A DNA stretch of 64,000 bases from Chara braunii (Eukaryota > Plantae > Charophyceae), in NCBI GenBank assembly GCA_003427395.1, contig BFEA01000026.1, positions 2,246,223 through 2,310,222 of the forward strand, written 5' to 3'. Made by a program: the position numbers and the translations under genes. Each line of letters starts with the position of its first letter. Within the stretch, counting starts at the first letter, position 1. The notes beneath the pieces are model-generated. The model saw only the letters and a list, made by a program, of their open reading frames with translations. It was not told where the DNA came from and made no database searches. Shown here one piece after another: positions 24,223-37,120 of the stretch.

Positions 24223-27149
24223 CTATGTTTGAGTATTTGCGTGGAAAAGAGACTCCCATTTTTTCACCGTTTTGCTTCTTAAAGTTTCTTGGTCGGACGT
24301 TGGTTCTCGACCTGGATTCGAGGTCCTTGTCCAGGACACTCCAGGTCCTAGTCTCTGCGCGGAAGGGATCAACCCTCACGCAGAGCCTATTTGCCCTGCC
24401 CATCGGGACACTCAACCTAAGGGTCGAAGGTGTCGTGGGGCCCAAACGACTGTTCCTTCAGCCGTGCAATATCGTGAAGGGCTCGACCTTCACGATACTT
24501 CGACACTGACACTTGAGTGTCATAAGTGGTACTCAGATCTACGAGGGACGGCTTGATTATGGGCACTACATACTACGTCATCATTACAACTATTTGCGTA
24601 TTTATGTATTGCTCGTCGATATGGGAAGACTCTGTGTTCGCGCTGTTTTATACTAAGTCTCACATGTGTCACCTATCTGATTTCCGCGTGGGAAGGTTAT
24701 GGGATGGTTACTGAAGGGACTAGGATTGTTTTGTGTTGTTTTGTTTTGTGTCGTTCTCGAGAGCACGGTCCGCAGAATGGAAGGGGACCTTTCCAACCAC
24801 GTCACGCAACATTCGACAGAACTTTGGTCGTAGAGCGTTGTCGCTTTGACCGAGTGTATCAGCCATACCTCTTGCGAACGCGACGACAAGATAGAGTCAA
24901 GCGAGGTACAACTTACCTTTATCTGCGGGAACTGTCACCATCCCTTAGGTGGGCGTATCCCCATCACGCTATCAGTCAACGATACAAAGGTTTTTACATG
25001 CGATTGCAGAGGTGGACCAGTCGACGGCGTTTTCTCGTATGCTGTAGCATAGGGGGTACGTGTAGTTTCATGCCTATATCGGACTCGTACGTAAGCCAAC
25101 GCACTGGGGGGATGAAGCGCGACTTGTCGTCAATCGACTAAGACGCATCCTTCTTACCACGTGTTACACCACGCCAAAACAAAAAGTCAAATTACTCACA
25201 TGAAACAAAACACTTCTAGTCCCTTAAGTATCCAACCCATAACCTTCTGATACGGAAATTGATTAGGCATCGCGTGAGTGTCTTAATATAAAACCGCGCG
25301 GATCAAGGCTTTCTCATATCGACTAGCCGTGCAAGCATTCGCAAGCAATCGCAATGATGACGTACTATGTAGTACTCATAATCGCGTGGTCCTTAATGGT
25401 CTCGAGGGTCTCGTTGGACACTCAAGTGTCGGCTGACACCTACCTTGAGGGGTTAATCTCTCGACACAAGACAACCGCCAAGGCGGTTGAGAACCACACT
25501 CTTTTCTGCACCCTGCGGAGAGTGGGTGGTACACAGGTTCCAGCCTGTGGTGGTAGTCAACCCTTATGGTCATGGAGACAAGCTCCATCCTCCAGGGCCT
25601 GAAGAGAAGTCGAGGGGTTTGACTTTGACGTTTGTCACGGACTGTAACGTCCAACTATAAAAATTAACAAGCAAAATCACTCAATAAATAAACAGGCATC
25701 CCAACACCCATATTAAATCAGAACTCAGGATAAAATAAAAGAAAGGAAAAATAAAATCATCAGGTATACAGATCGTGCGACACATGGTTGTCATTCTCAC
25801 TGCCTCCAAAGTAAGACTCGTATACCAAACTCCAAAACACTAACCTGCATAAAACACAGACGCATACGAAAGTCACATTGCCATGCACAAATGTGGTCAA
25901 CTTTACTGTTCTCTGTAACTCACACCACGCCTCACACGCTCAGGCCCCAACCATTGTCCAACTTTCCATAAAAACCCATCAGTTATTTATAATGGTCATT
26001 AAAAGAAGTCTGGTTAAAACCTTCAACTTGAAAGAAACATATCAAATCTCTGGGCTAAGGCATCAAGCTGAGGTACAAGTGTAGGCAAAGTTATGTCGTG
26101 AGCTGGCGAATTGACAATCAACCAACCGACCTGTTATCAAGAGATAACAGAAGACGACCCTCGTCAAATCGAGTTGAACCAGTCAGATCTTGAATAAAAA
26201 ACGGTCAAGAAAGACATGTTACACAACACAGGTCAAATCCCAAATACTTGAACTTTAAGTGTACAGGGAATAAATCCCCATATCATATCTTACTCAAAAT
26301 CTCATAAGGCTAAATCTTAAATATATATCTCAAATGAACCTCAACGAACAAGAAACATTTTGGCAGTATCTCCCCTATACAGGGTGGATTGAATTCTCCT
26401 ACTAGAATATAATCTGACTCTTGAAAACTAAGAAAATCTCGACAGCGTTTCCCGTAGGAAAAGTGTCTTTTCATAATTTATACAAAGTTAAATATTAACT
26501 CAAAATAAATTCTGACTTTACAAACTTAAATTTTGTCTAACTCCCTGATTTAACAAAAATTTTGGCAATACTTTTCCTTGAAAGGTAGGCTTTCGAGATT
26601 TTAACTAAGCTAGATATGAATTCAGACAAAAGTTTGAACTTTAAAAGTCAAAATTTGGCTAACTCCTTGTTTTTTTTCAAATTTCGGCAGCGCTTCCCGT
26701 AGGAAAAATAACTTTCCAAAATTTATACAGCGCCAAGTAAAATAAATGATCCCAGAAAATGCGAGAACTTGAAATAAGTAAAATAAACTCAACTTAGAAA
26801 ATGCAGGAGTTGAACTAACGCCTAAAGCTCCAGTACGTGGCGAGCACTAACAGACTACCCTACTATGAAGAAAACATACAGAGTCTGAAAAAAAGACAAG
26901 TCTTTGTCAGCAAAATGTTATGTCCACAACGCATGCATCCCAAATCAAAACAAGGGTTCGTTAATCCAAATTTTTCATTTTTTCGATTGTCCTAATCACA
27001 TAAATATTAGTGATATATCTTACTTAGTTAATTTCTAACTTTCCAAGTTATTCTCAGTCAAACTCCATGCAATCCTTAACACATTAGCCTGAACTATTCT
27101 AACAAGGAGAAGAGTCAGACCTTTGTCAACACGCACAACTGACTGACTT

Positions 27150-27975
27150 AGCAAAGCGATCGGATCAGTCAGGAGGACCTCATTTCCAGCCTCATTTCAA
27201 TGATTCGGGCAAGCGACTAGATCAGTCAGGTTGACCTCATCTCCAACCCTGTTTCAATGTCTTAGGCAAACCAGCAAAGCGACCGGATCAGTCAGGAGGA
27301 CCTCATTCCCAGACCCATTTCAATGTTTTGGGCGAACGAGCAAAGCGACCGGATCAGTCAGGAGGACCTCATCTCCAGCCTCATTTCAATATCTTAGGAA
27401 AACAAGCAAAGTGACCGAATCAGTTACGAGGACCTCATCTCCAACCCCATTTCAAGCAAACGAGCAAAGCGACCGGATTTGTTAGGAGGACCTCATCTCC
27501 AACCTCATTTCGATGTCTTAGGCAAAAGAGCAAAGCGACCGGATCAGTCATGAGGACCTCATCTCCAGCCTCATTTCAATGTATTAAGCAAACGAGCAAA
27601 GCGACCGGATTAGTCAGGAGGACCTTATCTCTAGCCCCATTTCAATATCTTAGGCGAACGAGGAAAACGACCGGATCATTCGCGATGACCTCATCTCCAG
27701 CCCTATTTCAATGTATTAGGCAAACGAGCAAAGTGATCGAATCAGTCACGAGGACCTCATCTCAAACCCCATTTCAATGTCTTAGGCAAACGAACAAGGT
27801 GACCGGATCAGTCAGGAGGACCTCATCTCCAGCCTCATTTCAATGTTTTAGGCAAACGAGCAAAGCGGCCGGATCAATCAAGAGGACATTATCCCCGACC
27901 TCATTTCATTGTCTTAGGCAAACAAGCAAAGCGACCGGATCAGTCAGGAGGACCTCATCCCCAGCCCCATTTCAT
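27150..27975. repeat. 66-bp tandem repeat (~12 copies) in LTR C
   Basis: Unit caaagcgaccggatcagtcaggaggacctcatctccagcctcatttcaatgtcttaggcaaacgag. Confidence 0.92.
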
Positions 27976-30900
27976 ATCATCGCAAGCAGACGTCGTGGAT
28001 TTCATTTCAGGAAGACAAATGTATATAAACATAGTAAATTTTATCTGATTCAGTTAAAGTTCTGAGTAAAAGTCAGGGAAATATACAAAAAGTCAAAACT
28101 CAGTCAAGCTGAAAGAAGGGTGGTATAGATAGGGATATACGGGATCCTAAGGGAGATGGTGTCGGCCTACCTCATAGTTCCCTGCCTCCAGGGTCCTGCC
28201 TGAACCCCGGCAGAGCTCCCGCAATTGGTGGGGCGAACCTCCCACAGAGGCATTGGCACGGATTACAAGTTTAAATCCCGCATGCCGCCTTCGTCTCTGA
28301 ACCAAAAGACTAGACTGAGCATGAGAAGGAAAGAATGAGAATCAATAAGTCGCTCAGATACGAGAGGGGTGCACTCAGACTCGTGTGAGAGGGCCTTGAT
28401 TCCTTCACTCGCGTGAGGGTCCCGCAATGGCTGTCAAAGTCGCAGCATAAAACCACCCTGGCGGTCCTCCAAGTCGCAAAGGTAACGAAGTGGTGTGCAC
28501 AATCATTCGCAGTGAAACGCACAATGACGAGCCGCCCCAGAGATGCACAGCAATGCATTGGTCCTGACAGCCATAGCACCAGCCTTGGTAGCAACGATGT
28601 TGGTCCCTACAACCACTGCTCTTTCCAATAGCAGCCTTTTCTGTTGTAGTACTGTTTAAGTGGCATCGACGCCGATCTCAATTGCAAGCAACAACTCCAT
28701 GGATTAATTACAAAAGCAACATGTCTAAACCATCAAGTAGTCAACACAGCTCGAAGGCAACCCGCAGCATCAGCGTCAGTCTCAAGAACCGTACCAGCCT
28801 CAACAACCGTATCAGTCTCAAGGACTATACCAGTCTTAAGAAGCTAGCAGCACTGGCTGGGAGAGGGAACAACAACAACTCGTCGTAACAGGTTGTCAGC
28901 CCACAACAGATTGTTGTACGACGTAGCAACAACCAATAACTTTGGTCTGTATCAACTCTCAAAGGATGGTAGCATTAACTGGCGCACAACAACTCATCAA
29001 CTTCAAAGACGGATTGCAACAACCATACTTTTAAACACGAACTGCAGCAACTGACTGACCCTGACAGCTGCAGTAACCGGTCAAGGCTGACAACAGCAAT
29101 AACAACAACTCGGATCTCCTTCGTATTCGCTCACAATCTTCCTCTTCTCTCTTTTTGCCTTCCTCTTCACATTTGATCCTCTCTACCTTTCACTCCTGCT
29201 AATGTACTCCACCCCAAGCTTCAGTCATACTTTACACCTTTCTCCTAAACTCTTCGTTCTCTATGCAAGGGTTTGAGGACGCAGCATCAACCAGCAGAAG
29301 GGCAAGAGGCCTAAGTATGTGCAATATAACCACAATCACACCACACGCCTAGGCAACAATATGCATTCTTTCGTTCGGTAGGGAGGATACGATCACTAGT
29401 GATTCCGTTACTCGACTTCCCTCCAAAAGGTAAGCTTAAGACTGAATTTTATACTAGATTTAGAAGATTTAGCATTAATCCGAGTATAAACCGACCACCA
29501 GAACATCACTAGGTACATCACCTTTATGAGTAGCGGTATCCTGACACCAATCAGAATAGCCAATGTGAGAACGGGCAGAGGAACGAACGATATCCGCTTC
29601 ACAATGATGGCCCCAGAACATATCAAACATCGGGTTGAGAACAAGCACCACAATTTATGAGGGTATGAACATCTCCAAATGAGGAAAGCGACCTCGATGG
29701 AGATCACGTATAGACTGAAGGTCACAATGATTTACAGATGGACTGCTCCACCCACTAGGCACCGAATCTGGAGAATCAGGAATCTTCTGCCTGGTCATAG
29801 GAAAATACGTTCTCCTAGGATAGCGAGCCGACCACAGTATTCGCCTCTTTTTACGGTTGTGAGATAAGCTTCCCCCAAACACTTCTACTTTTTCTTATTC
29901 ATTCAATCTTTTAAATCTGTTTGTGCTTCTCTCTTATTTCGTGCACGACCGCACCTGCCCGATAGCTTGGCCAGGTTCACTCCACGTCAGCGAGGGAGGG
30001 TCACGAGGGGGAAGAATAATGATGAACGGGAGACTAATGCGATTGGGGCGTGTAGCGAGGATGGTCATAATGCCCTCGTTTGAAGACGACGGTCGTGCAC
30101 ATGAGGAAGGTCTCTGCCTGCAGCAATGCCTCCTTAATGGCGAGCCATAAGACTAAGCCACTATGGTGGACACGACGACTGAGGCGAGCACGCTAACATC
30201 GACCACCATGGTGATAGCTATGGCAACGCACATCGAGGATGTCGGTGCTAAGTACCAAAGCGGGGGGCCGAGACTATCTGGATGAGTGAACGGAAATGCA
30301 TGGTCATGTGCGTGTCTTTGCTACTTTCCCAAACAACCAGCTGAGAATGAATCTCCCCCTAAACGTGAGGGGAATACATTACATTTTTGCATGTTTAACA
30401 AAATCTCACTCCCGGGCGTAGCTGCTAGAGCTCATATCTCGAAGCCTATCTACTAACATCAAAATCGAACCTCATAATCCAACTCGCAGCTACTAAAAAA
30501 CCCTATTTAGCACTCTCCCTTGCCCGATTCTGTGGAGAAATGAGAGAGAGAGAGACGTTTTCAATTCTCACTCTCCCTTCTTCCCTCGACATCTCCGCGT
30601 ACCGCCTTTCTCTGCTATCACTCATTCTACTAATCTAGCACTGAAACTAACCTCACCACTGTACTCGCCCTATTGTAAAACCCCTACCTACCATCTTTCC
30701 CCGCTTGTTTTCACCAAGAAATAGGCGAGATATGCGTCTTTCAGCTCCCGCCATAGCCACTCCCCCCGTCGCTGTGTCCTTCCCGCCTTCTTCTCTTACC
30801 TTCGTCTTTTTCTTCGTCCGCTGCTTTCCCTCGATGATAACGCAGCGCCTGATAGGGCCTGATCCCACAGAGGTCCTGATGTCAAAACTGAAACTCCATC

Positions 30901-31041
30901 AGCTTTGTTGTGGGAGAGCATGACCTTTATCACTCAACCTGGCCAGACCACAGGTGATGGTCACTGCAACCAACCCGTCCACAATATAGTACTGGGTTCA
31001 TTCCCTTGTGTAAGAGGCTACCGGCTACATGGCTAAAAAAA

Positions 31042-31042
<1 letters not shown>

Positions 31043-31080
<38 letters not shown>
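31043..31080. repeat. (ATT)n microsatellite
   Basis: Direct. Confidence 0.95.
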
Positions 31081-31082
<2 letters not shown>

Positions 31083-31369
31083 AATAAAGGTGTCTAGCCG
31101 GATGTATCCAACCTCGGCCATCGACATGGTGCACACGAGTGGATCCTCTCCCACCCATTGTGCAGGCGATTGCACTCAGAGCACACGCACACTGGCACTT
31201 CTCCGTATGCACCTGAGGACAACCACGCTCACATCCAGAAAAATCGAGCTATGTCCCAAGGAACCATCCCAAGGACTCACGCAGAGAAAAATTGACCAGC
31301 CTATGTATTTCCTCATTATCGTATTTTGGTCTTTTGATTGTAGTTTGGTTTGAACTTGGGTCTGTATTT

Positions 31370-31710
31370 TAACAGTTCGAGGGTGTACTAGCCGAGCGAG
31401 GCCTGTTGGTGCCAAGGCACAACCTGAGCCCAACAATATCGAACTCGAATTTGCGTTTCAACAGTTCATGGGTGTACCAAATGAGCCAGGCCCGCAGTTG
31501 TTGTTCCCATAGGCCTATTTTCAGTAGTTTGTGGGTGTACCAACTGAGCTAGGCCCCCTGGTGCTGGTCCCACAGGCCTGTTTCACACAGTTCGCGGGTG
31601 TACCAGTCTGAGCTAGGTCCTCAGGTGCTGGTCCCACAGGCCTGTTTCACACAGTCTGCGGGTGTACCAGCTGAGCTAGGCTAGCTGGTGCTGGTCCCAC
31701 AGGCCTGCTC
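31370..31710. repeat. ~60-bp tandem repeat (~5 copies) in LTR C next to the rRNA cassette
   Basis: Recurring acagttcgcgggtgtaccag-ctgagctagg...gtgctggtcccacaggcctg. Confidence 0.85.
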
Positions 31711-31810
31711 ACACCCAACCTTCTCACTTTTCGCAGCAGGCTGAGGTTAACGGGCAGTGTATCCCCTGGCCATAGTTGCCCAGGCCTATTCCACCACCCG
31801 GCTGGTCCCC

Positions 31811-32138
31811 ATGCAGATCTTGGGAATAGTAGCAAATATTCAAATGAGAACTTTGAAGGCCGAAGTGGAGAAGGGCTCCACGTGAACCGCTGTTGGGACA
31901 GCTTGCCGCACAGCCAACATTGCAGCAGCCTCCTACTTGCGCCCCTCGTCCAGGCATAATTCACCATCTTTCGGGCCCCAACGGGCATGGTCACACACAA
32001 CCCTCTTACAGCAGACGGCGGGGGCGGACTATACACCTTCAACGACTCTCGCCGCCCACTTTTCTTTCCACCTCATGGGCTAATTTCCCACCGGCTGGCA
32101 TGCACGTTGAACTCTCCGGTTCGAGTTTCAAGACGACG
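31811..32138 (-). pseudogene. LSU rRNA-derived bipartite cassette in LTR C (best preserved)
   Basis: Plus strand gcagatcttgggaatagtagcaaatattcaaatgagaactttgaaggccgaagtggagaagggctccacgtgaac = sense LSU; caggcataattcaccatctttcgg...gtttcaagacg = antisense LSU. Confidence 0.9.
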
Positions 32139-33072
32139 GATAGAGGAATTTTGCCAGCATCCAGAACACGCAGGAACCCTTACGCAGACCCCGCAAAAAT
32201 AAAAAAGTGTGTGCTCAAGATCCTCGACTGCTGCAACGGCCACCCGTGTCCAGCAAAGTAGTAGTCGGGCCAGGCTGCCGAGCCTGACTTCTCGGACCCG
32301 GTCACTGGGTCAAAGACAACCGTAAAAATAAAAGTAGGAATAAATAAATAAAAAATAATAAAAATAAGAAGAAATGCGAGGAAACACAAAAAAATTAAGA
32401 GGGCTAGGGGCCACGGGTCCCGCTGGCCTGTGACGCCATGCCCCACTAGGCCGCGCTTGGTTGTGCCTCGCCGTCAATACCCCACGCACGCCTCTCACCC
32501 AGGCGAGGACCTAAACTTCCTCTCGCATGTGCGCCATCAACTGGACGAGGTCGTACCGGCATGGCTTGCAAAAAGCACGCCAAATACCCTCGTAAGGGTA
32601 TTTGGTGCGAAATCGTTTCATGTGTGTGTTTTATATTTATGTTTTAAGTGTAGTGTAATGTGTGGTGAGTGGGATGAGTCCTAGTCGACCGACAACGAGC
32701 CGCGCTTGGGACTTCAGCCCCATAGTGCGTTGGTTCGCGTGTGGGTCCGATAGAGGCGTGGGACCGCGCGTACCCCCTAGCTACAGCGAACGAGAAACGC
32801 CCTCGGCTGGTCCACCTCTGTGATTAGCTTTCGTAATGTGGGCTGGTAGTTCGGCGGGGATATACCCACGGAAGGGAGGTGACAGCTCGCGCAGGTGGAG
32901 GTAAGTTGTACCTCGTGTTGGCTTAGCCTGTCGTAGAGGCTCGCGAGAGGTATGGTTGGCGCACTCGGCCAGAGCGGCTCGCGGAAGCTCCATGTGTATC
33001 GCGTTTATAGACCAACTCCTGCGTGACGCGGCCGGGAGGGTCCGGCCCGACGAGGGATCGATGCGCTCGACA

Positions 33073-35292
33073 GCGCTATAGCAGACGACCTGTTAGTCGC
33101 ATGTGAAAACTCTGCTACCTCCCTTCTAGAGTTGCATGGAGTTATGGACGACTACAGTGTGCTCTCTGAAGCCTCTATCAATTGGTTCAAATATGTATAT
33201 CATTTGTCGAACATATATGAACTCAAAGTGGACTGGGGCATGTGAGTTGTTACCACAGAAAACTCGGAATGTTTCTTGGGGATCCAAGTGTCACTCTCTA
33301 ACTGCTCTAAGACCCAAGATCAGATGTTGTCAGACAAGGTGACATCAAGAATTCGCAGTTGGTTGTGAAACTACAAGTTATCAGTATTCGGTAGAGCATT
33401 GGTTCTGTCGGCCGGAGTTTTCTCAGTTTGATAGTTCCCTTTATCTATTTGCCTACTAGGGGACAGCGCCTACAAAGATATTTATAGGGCGGCAGCCCGG
33501 TACCTTTGGAAACTAGAAGCGAGTGAAGAACAAGGCTTTATCACCAAGGTGGTCTCGGAAGCAGTTGTGCTGCCAAGGAGTCAAGGGGGGTTGGGGATTT
33601 TGGATCCCCAACTGCAAAACTTGGCCCTCTTGGCTAAATCGGTAGTAAAAGCATGTCTCGACAACCGGGCCAAACTTTGGCTAAGCAATGCAGAGTCTAT
33701 GATGGGGAAGTAATGATCTCTTTCTGACTCAAGAGAAGTATGGCAGTGTTGCCTACTGCCCAACTTCAAGTCCCGTAGGGTAAAGTCGAGGGTGTGGTGG
33801 GGCATCCCCCGACCCAGGCAGAAGTTGTGCTCGTATGAGAATGTGCAGCCTTCAACTGATTTGTCTCCCCAGTGGGAAGCGTTTTTCTGCAAAAGAAGGG
33901 ACGGGAAATTTCGGAAAGGCATGGATAGAGAAAGACATCTCCAGAGTAAAACACCTGTGGGATAAGGCAGAGGGAGATTGGTGTCTGAGACAAGTCACTA
34001 GGAATCTGGCCAAACTGAAGGTTGCCATGCCACCTTATAGGAATAAGATGCTAAAAGAAACATTTGAGAATGTGGCAGGCACTTGGGTTAATACGGAGGG
34101 TGAACCGGAGAAAGTATGAAAAGTGGTGGGTTCAGAATTGGGACATGGGCTGAAGGTAGAGGAATGGCAACGAGGGCTGGCCCGACAAGAGTCATGCCAG
34201 CTCAGTTTTGCGCAACAAAAGACGATCTTGTCGACGGTGGGGCTTCTGAAACTACAAGTTTACATCAAGAAGAAGAAGTGTACCCTATTGGGGGAGGGGG
34301 GTTGCTTCACCGTGGAACCATGTTTTCACGGATGGAAGGGGAACGAGACGGGTACACGAACAGTTACCTCAACCTGTCTGGTTGATTATAAAACAAAGGT
34401 AGGGGTTAGCTTCTTACCAAATAAACTTTAGTGCAGCCGGACTGGCTGGCTCATAGGAAGCACTTCGATGGCTCCCATCGCAAAAGAATGTCAGTTCACT
34501 CTGGCTCCACTCTCTTCAAGTAATCCCCTCAGCTCTATGGTTATCATTGAAAGGGATGAACCTCTCCATCGCATTGAAGAGATGCAGTTGGGGATGGGAA
34601 TCCAATGCTCATGTGTGGACAACCTGCCCTCTCGCAGATGAAATTTGGATATGGTGGATAGAGCGCTTGAAGGACCTGACAGAGGACAATTTTTTGTGGA
34701 TAGATGATTGGCGCTATATGGTCTGCTACATGTCCAGAATTTGAAATATGCTGAGGGGTGGGGTTACGTGGCTTTAGCCTGCAGAGGAACAATTATACAA
34801 GTTAAATGGCAAGCAAGGAATGCAACAGTCTTAAGAGGAGAGAGATTTTGGTCCAGCAACAGGAACATTAGAGTCGATCCAGCATCGAGCAGGTGATCAT
34901 TGCATATTAGAGGACTAGAACATGACGCCAGGGGCCTGGTTTCTCAAAACTTGGGTACAGAATAAGAAGTTGATAACAATATCTATAGATGGGAAATTGG
35001 TAATTGCAACCTGGTTGCTGTAACTCAGCGGTATTAATATGTCTGATCAAGCAAGGGAATGGATACATCCCTTCTTTTGACTTGGACTACAATCGAACAT
35101 TAATGTCATTTTTTCCTTTTTTGGGAAGTTTTTAGGAAAGTACGGAGACTCTCGACCCGGTTTCCAGTAATTAGTGCGATAGCCGAAGCTGGGTAAGGGC
35201 CACAAATATTTCCGGGTTGAATTATGAGGTCCCCAACCTCGTTCTATATTTTGTAATAAATTTGAAAACTTTCCAAAAAAAAAAAAAAAAAA
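33073..35292 (+). mobile_element. LINE copy 1, right part (RT catalytic motif to 3' UTR and poly-A)
   Basis: Begins AIADDLLVACENS; GGLGILD motif; C-terminal RCSWGWESNAHVWTTC; poly-A 35275-35292. Confidence 0.9.
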
Positions 35293-36457
35293 GGTCGGGA
35301 CTACGACCCAAAGGTATCATCAAAGAACTAATCAGCCCCAGTAATTCATAAATGTAGTATTTTACTCATTTGGTAAGGAACCCGAGCTCAGATCTGCCTT
35401 TCGACAGTTCAGGAGCGTACCAATTGTACTTTAAGGACCGGGATCGATCGCGGTACCGCCACGAGACCCGAATACCAACAAAAATGAGACCGTTTAAGAT
35501 CAATAAATAAAAATAAAAAAGAAAGAAAGAAATATGAAACTTATCTAGGGTGGAGAGGGACCGTTGACACCCCTCTGTACCACCTGTCGGTCCCGAATTG
35601 GGGCCAACGACAAAACCAAACTTGAAAGGGATAGTCCCACAGGACCCTCACCCCCCCTCCACACTATTTCATCACTCCTTCGCCGCCAGTCACTGGCCTC
35701 AATCCCCGTATTGCCTGGTGGAAGTGCAATATCATAACCAATAGGGTTAGACCCAAGTCTGAATCTAGCCAATGTCATCCTTCAGTGGCATATAAACGGT
35801 TCTACCGTGTGTTCGAGCCTACCAAAACACAACAAGGTCACACCTTCACCTACCGATCAATATTAACGATCGCCAAACCCCAACACTCGCCGCAGGAGGG
35901 GCCTCGTTCGACTCATGACCGCCGTACGCACCACCCGTCACGCCAAAACTACACATTTACCATTTTTGTGGCAAAAGCTCAAACTTTATTTAAGCTAAAC
36001 TTTGTTCGTGCATACCGTCGTAGAGGCTGTCACGCAGGGTTTGGTTAAAGTTTGCAATAAATAAAATCAACTAAATAAAGCAAATCTTTTTTTGTGGTGT
36101 GTGTCCGGCTTCGAGTGAGACCCTTCAATTGCGGTCTTCGTCAGTCCCTGGTCTTAGGAATCTTTCATTTTGATTCGGAACAGCAAAGAATCATGAAATT
36201 AATAGTCATAAAGTTCTGGTGTGTCATGCATGCATCAATCTTGCCAATTTACTAATTTTGAGAGTTGTGACAGAATCATCTGGGAAATGCAATCATCAAG
36301 CAGAGGTAAAGCAAGAGAAAACACAACTGACCAACTCGAGCAATGACGAGATAAATGAGGGAAGAATGAGATCTCGTAATAATCTCAGAGCGTACACATG
36401 TAGAGAGTATGACCAACACTAGTCAAGAGTCCTCACTCATCCCTCTGAATCTCACAC

Positions 36458-37120
36458 TCAATCTCTCATTTTCCTGCATGTCTCTTGTGCTTTCGGCCCA
36501 GTCTCCATACCCTCTGAGGTTGTGGTCTCTCGATGTAGATCCATGAAGAATGCTAGTTCTGAGCATTTCCATCCAAGTCCCATGATACAAAAGTCAACCA
36601 TAACACAAAATTCATCCCATAGAGTAGGAAGGTATGGTTGAGAGAAAATCCCTCGCCTGAGATGTCGAAACTCGGATGGTTCAGTGACCGCCTCGTAGTC
36701 AATCTCTGCAGGAGAAATATACCTCTTGGCTAGTTCTACCAAGTCTCCCCAACAAGAACCGTTTGAGAGAAGGAAGGGAACTGAAGGTCTGGGATAGTCA
36801 GAGTAGAGTTTGGTTTTGAAGCTACGGATCAACTTTATCCCATTCTCGTCGAGCTCTTTCTCTTTCTCCTCAAGATACCTAGTTGTAGTGACCCAGACTG
36901 AATCGAAGTGCTCATGGGTCTCTTTGCCCCTTTTTACGTAGAGTCTCAAGTCATGAATGGTGCCCTCTGTGAAATTGGTAAGCACTGCGAAGACTGACAG
37001 ATCTCCCTGCCTGAAACCAATCGCACTGACGTACCGATAAGAGAAGGCATCCTTGGAAGTGATTTGATTGAGACTGGTCAAGACAGTCCTCTGGACTGAG
37101 AATGATTGAACTATACTCAT
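36458..37120 (-). CDS. Hypothetical protein, 220 aa, no family recognised
   Basis: ATG-initiated, uninterrupted, non-repetitive globular-like composition in an otherwise ORF-poor region. Confidence 0.45.
   Translation of the reverse strand: MSIVQSFSVQRTVLTSLNQITSKDAFSYRYVSAIGFRQGDLSVFAVLTNFTEGTIHDLRLYVKRGKETHEHFDSVWVTTTRYLEEKEKELDENGIKLIRSFKTKLYSDYPRPSVPFLLSNGSCWGDLVELAKRYISPAEIDYEAVTEPSEFRHLRRGIFSQPYLPTLWDEFCVMVDFCIMGLGWKCSELAFFMDLHRETTTSEGMETGPKAQETCRKMRD

Larger units (their letters stand above)
24755..32612 (-). mobile_element. Giant solo-LTR-like unit C (7858 bp) nested in unit B
   Basis: Slightly mutated family termini (minus strand TTTCGCACCAAATACCC...TGCTCTCGAGA); TCGT duplicated at 24751-24754 and 32613-32616; B is continuous once C is removed. 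Confidence 0.82.
19149..33072 (+). mobile_element. Giant LTR unit B (5' end deleted), inserted in LINE 1 and interrupted by unit C
   Basis: ~21460-24754 colinear with A ~4450-7765; resumes at 32617 and ends TGCGCTCGACA at 33072, directly followed by LINE RT sequence. Confidence 0.82.

Noticed and set aside
27231-28065. 22-aa repeat protein
   Set aside because: By-product of the 66-bp tandem repeat; frame broken by indels; antisense to the LTR
31811-32138. Functional rRNA gene / rDNA locus
   Set aside because: Short, diverged, internally inverted fragments embedded in LTRs
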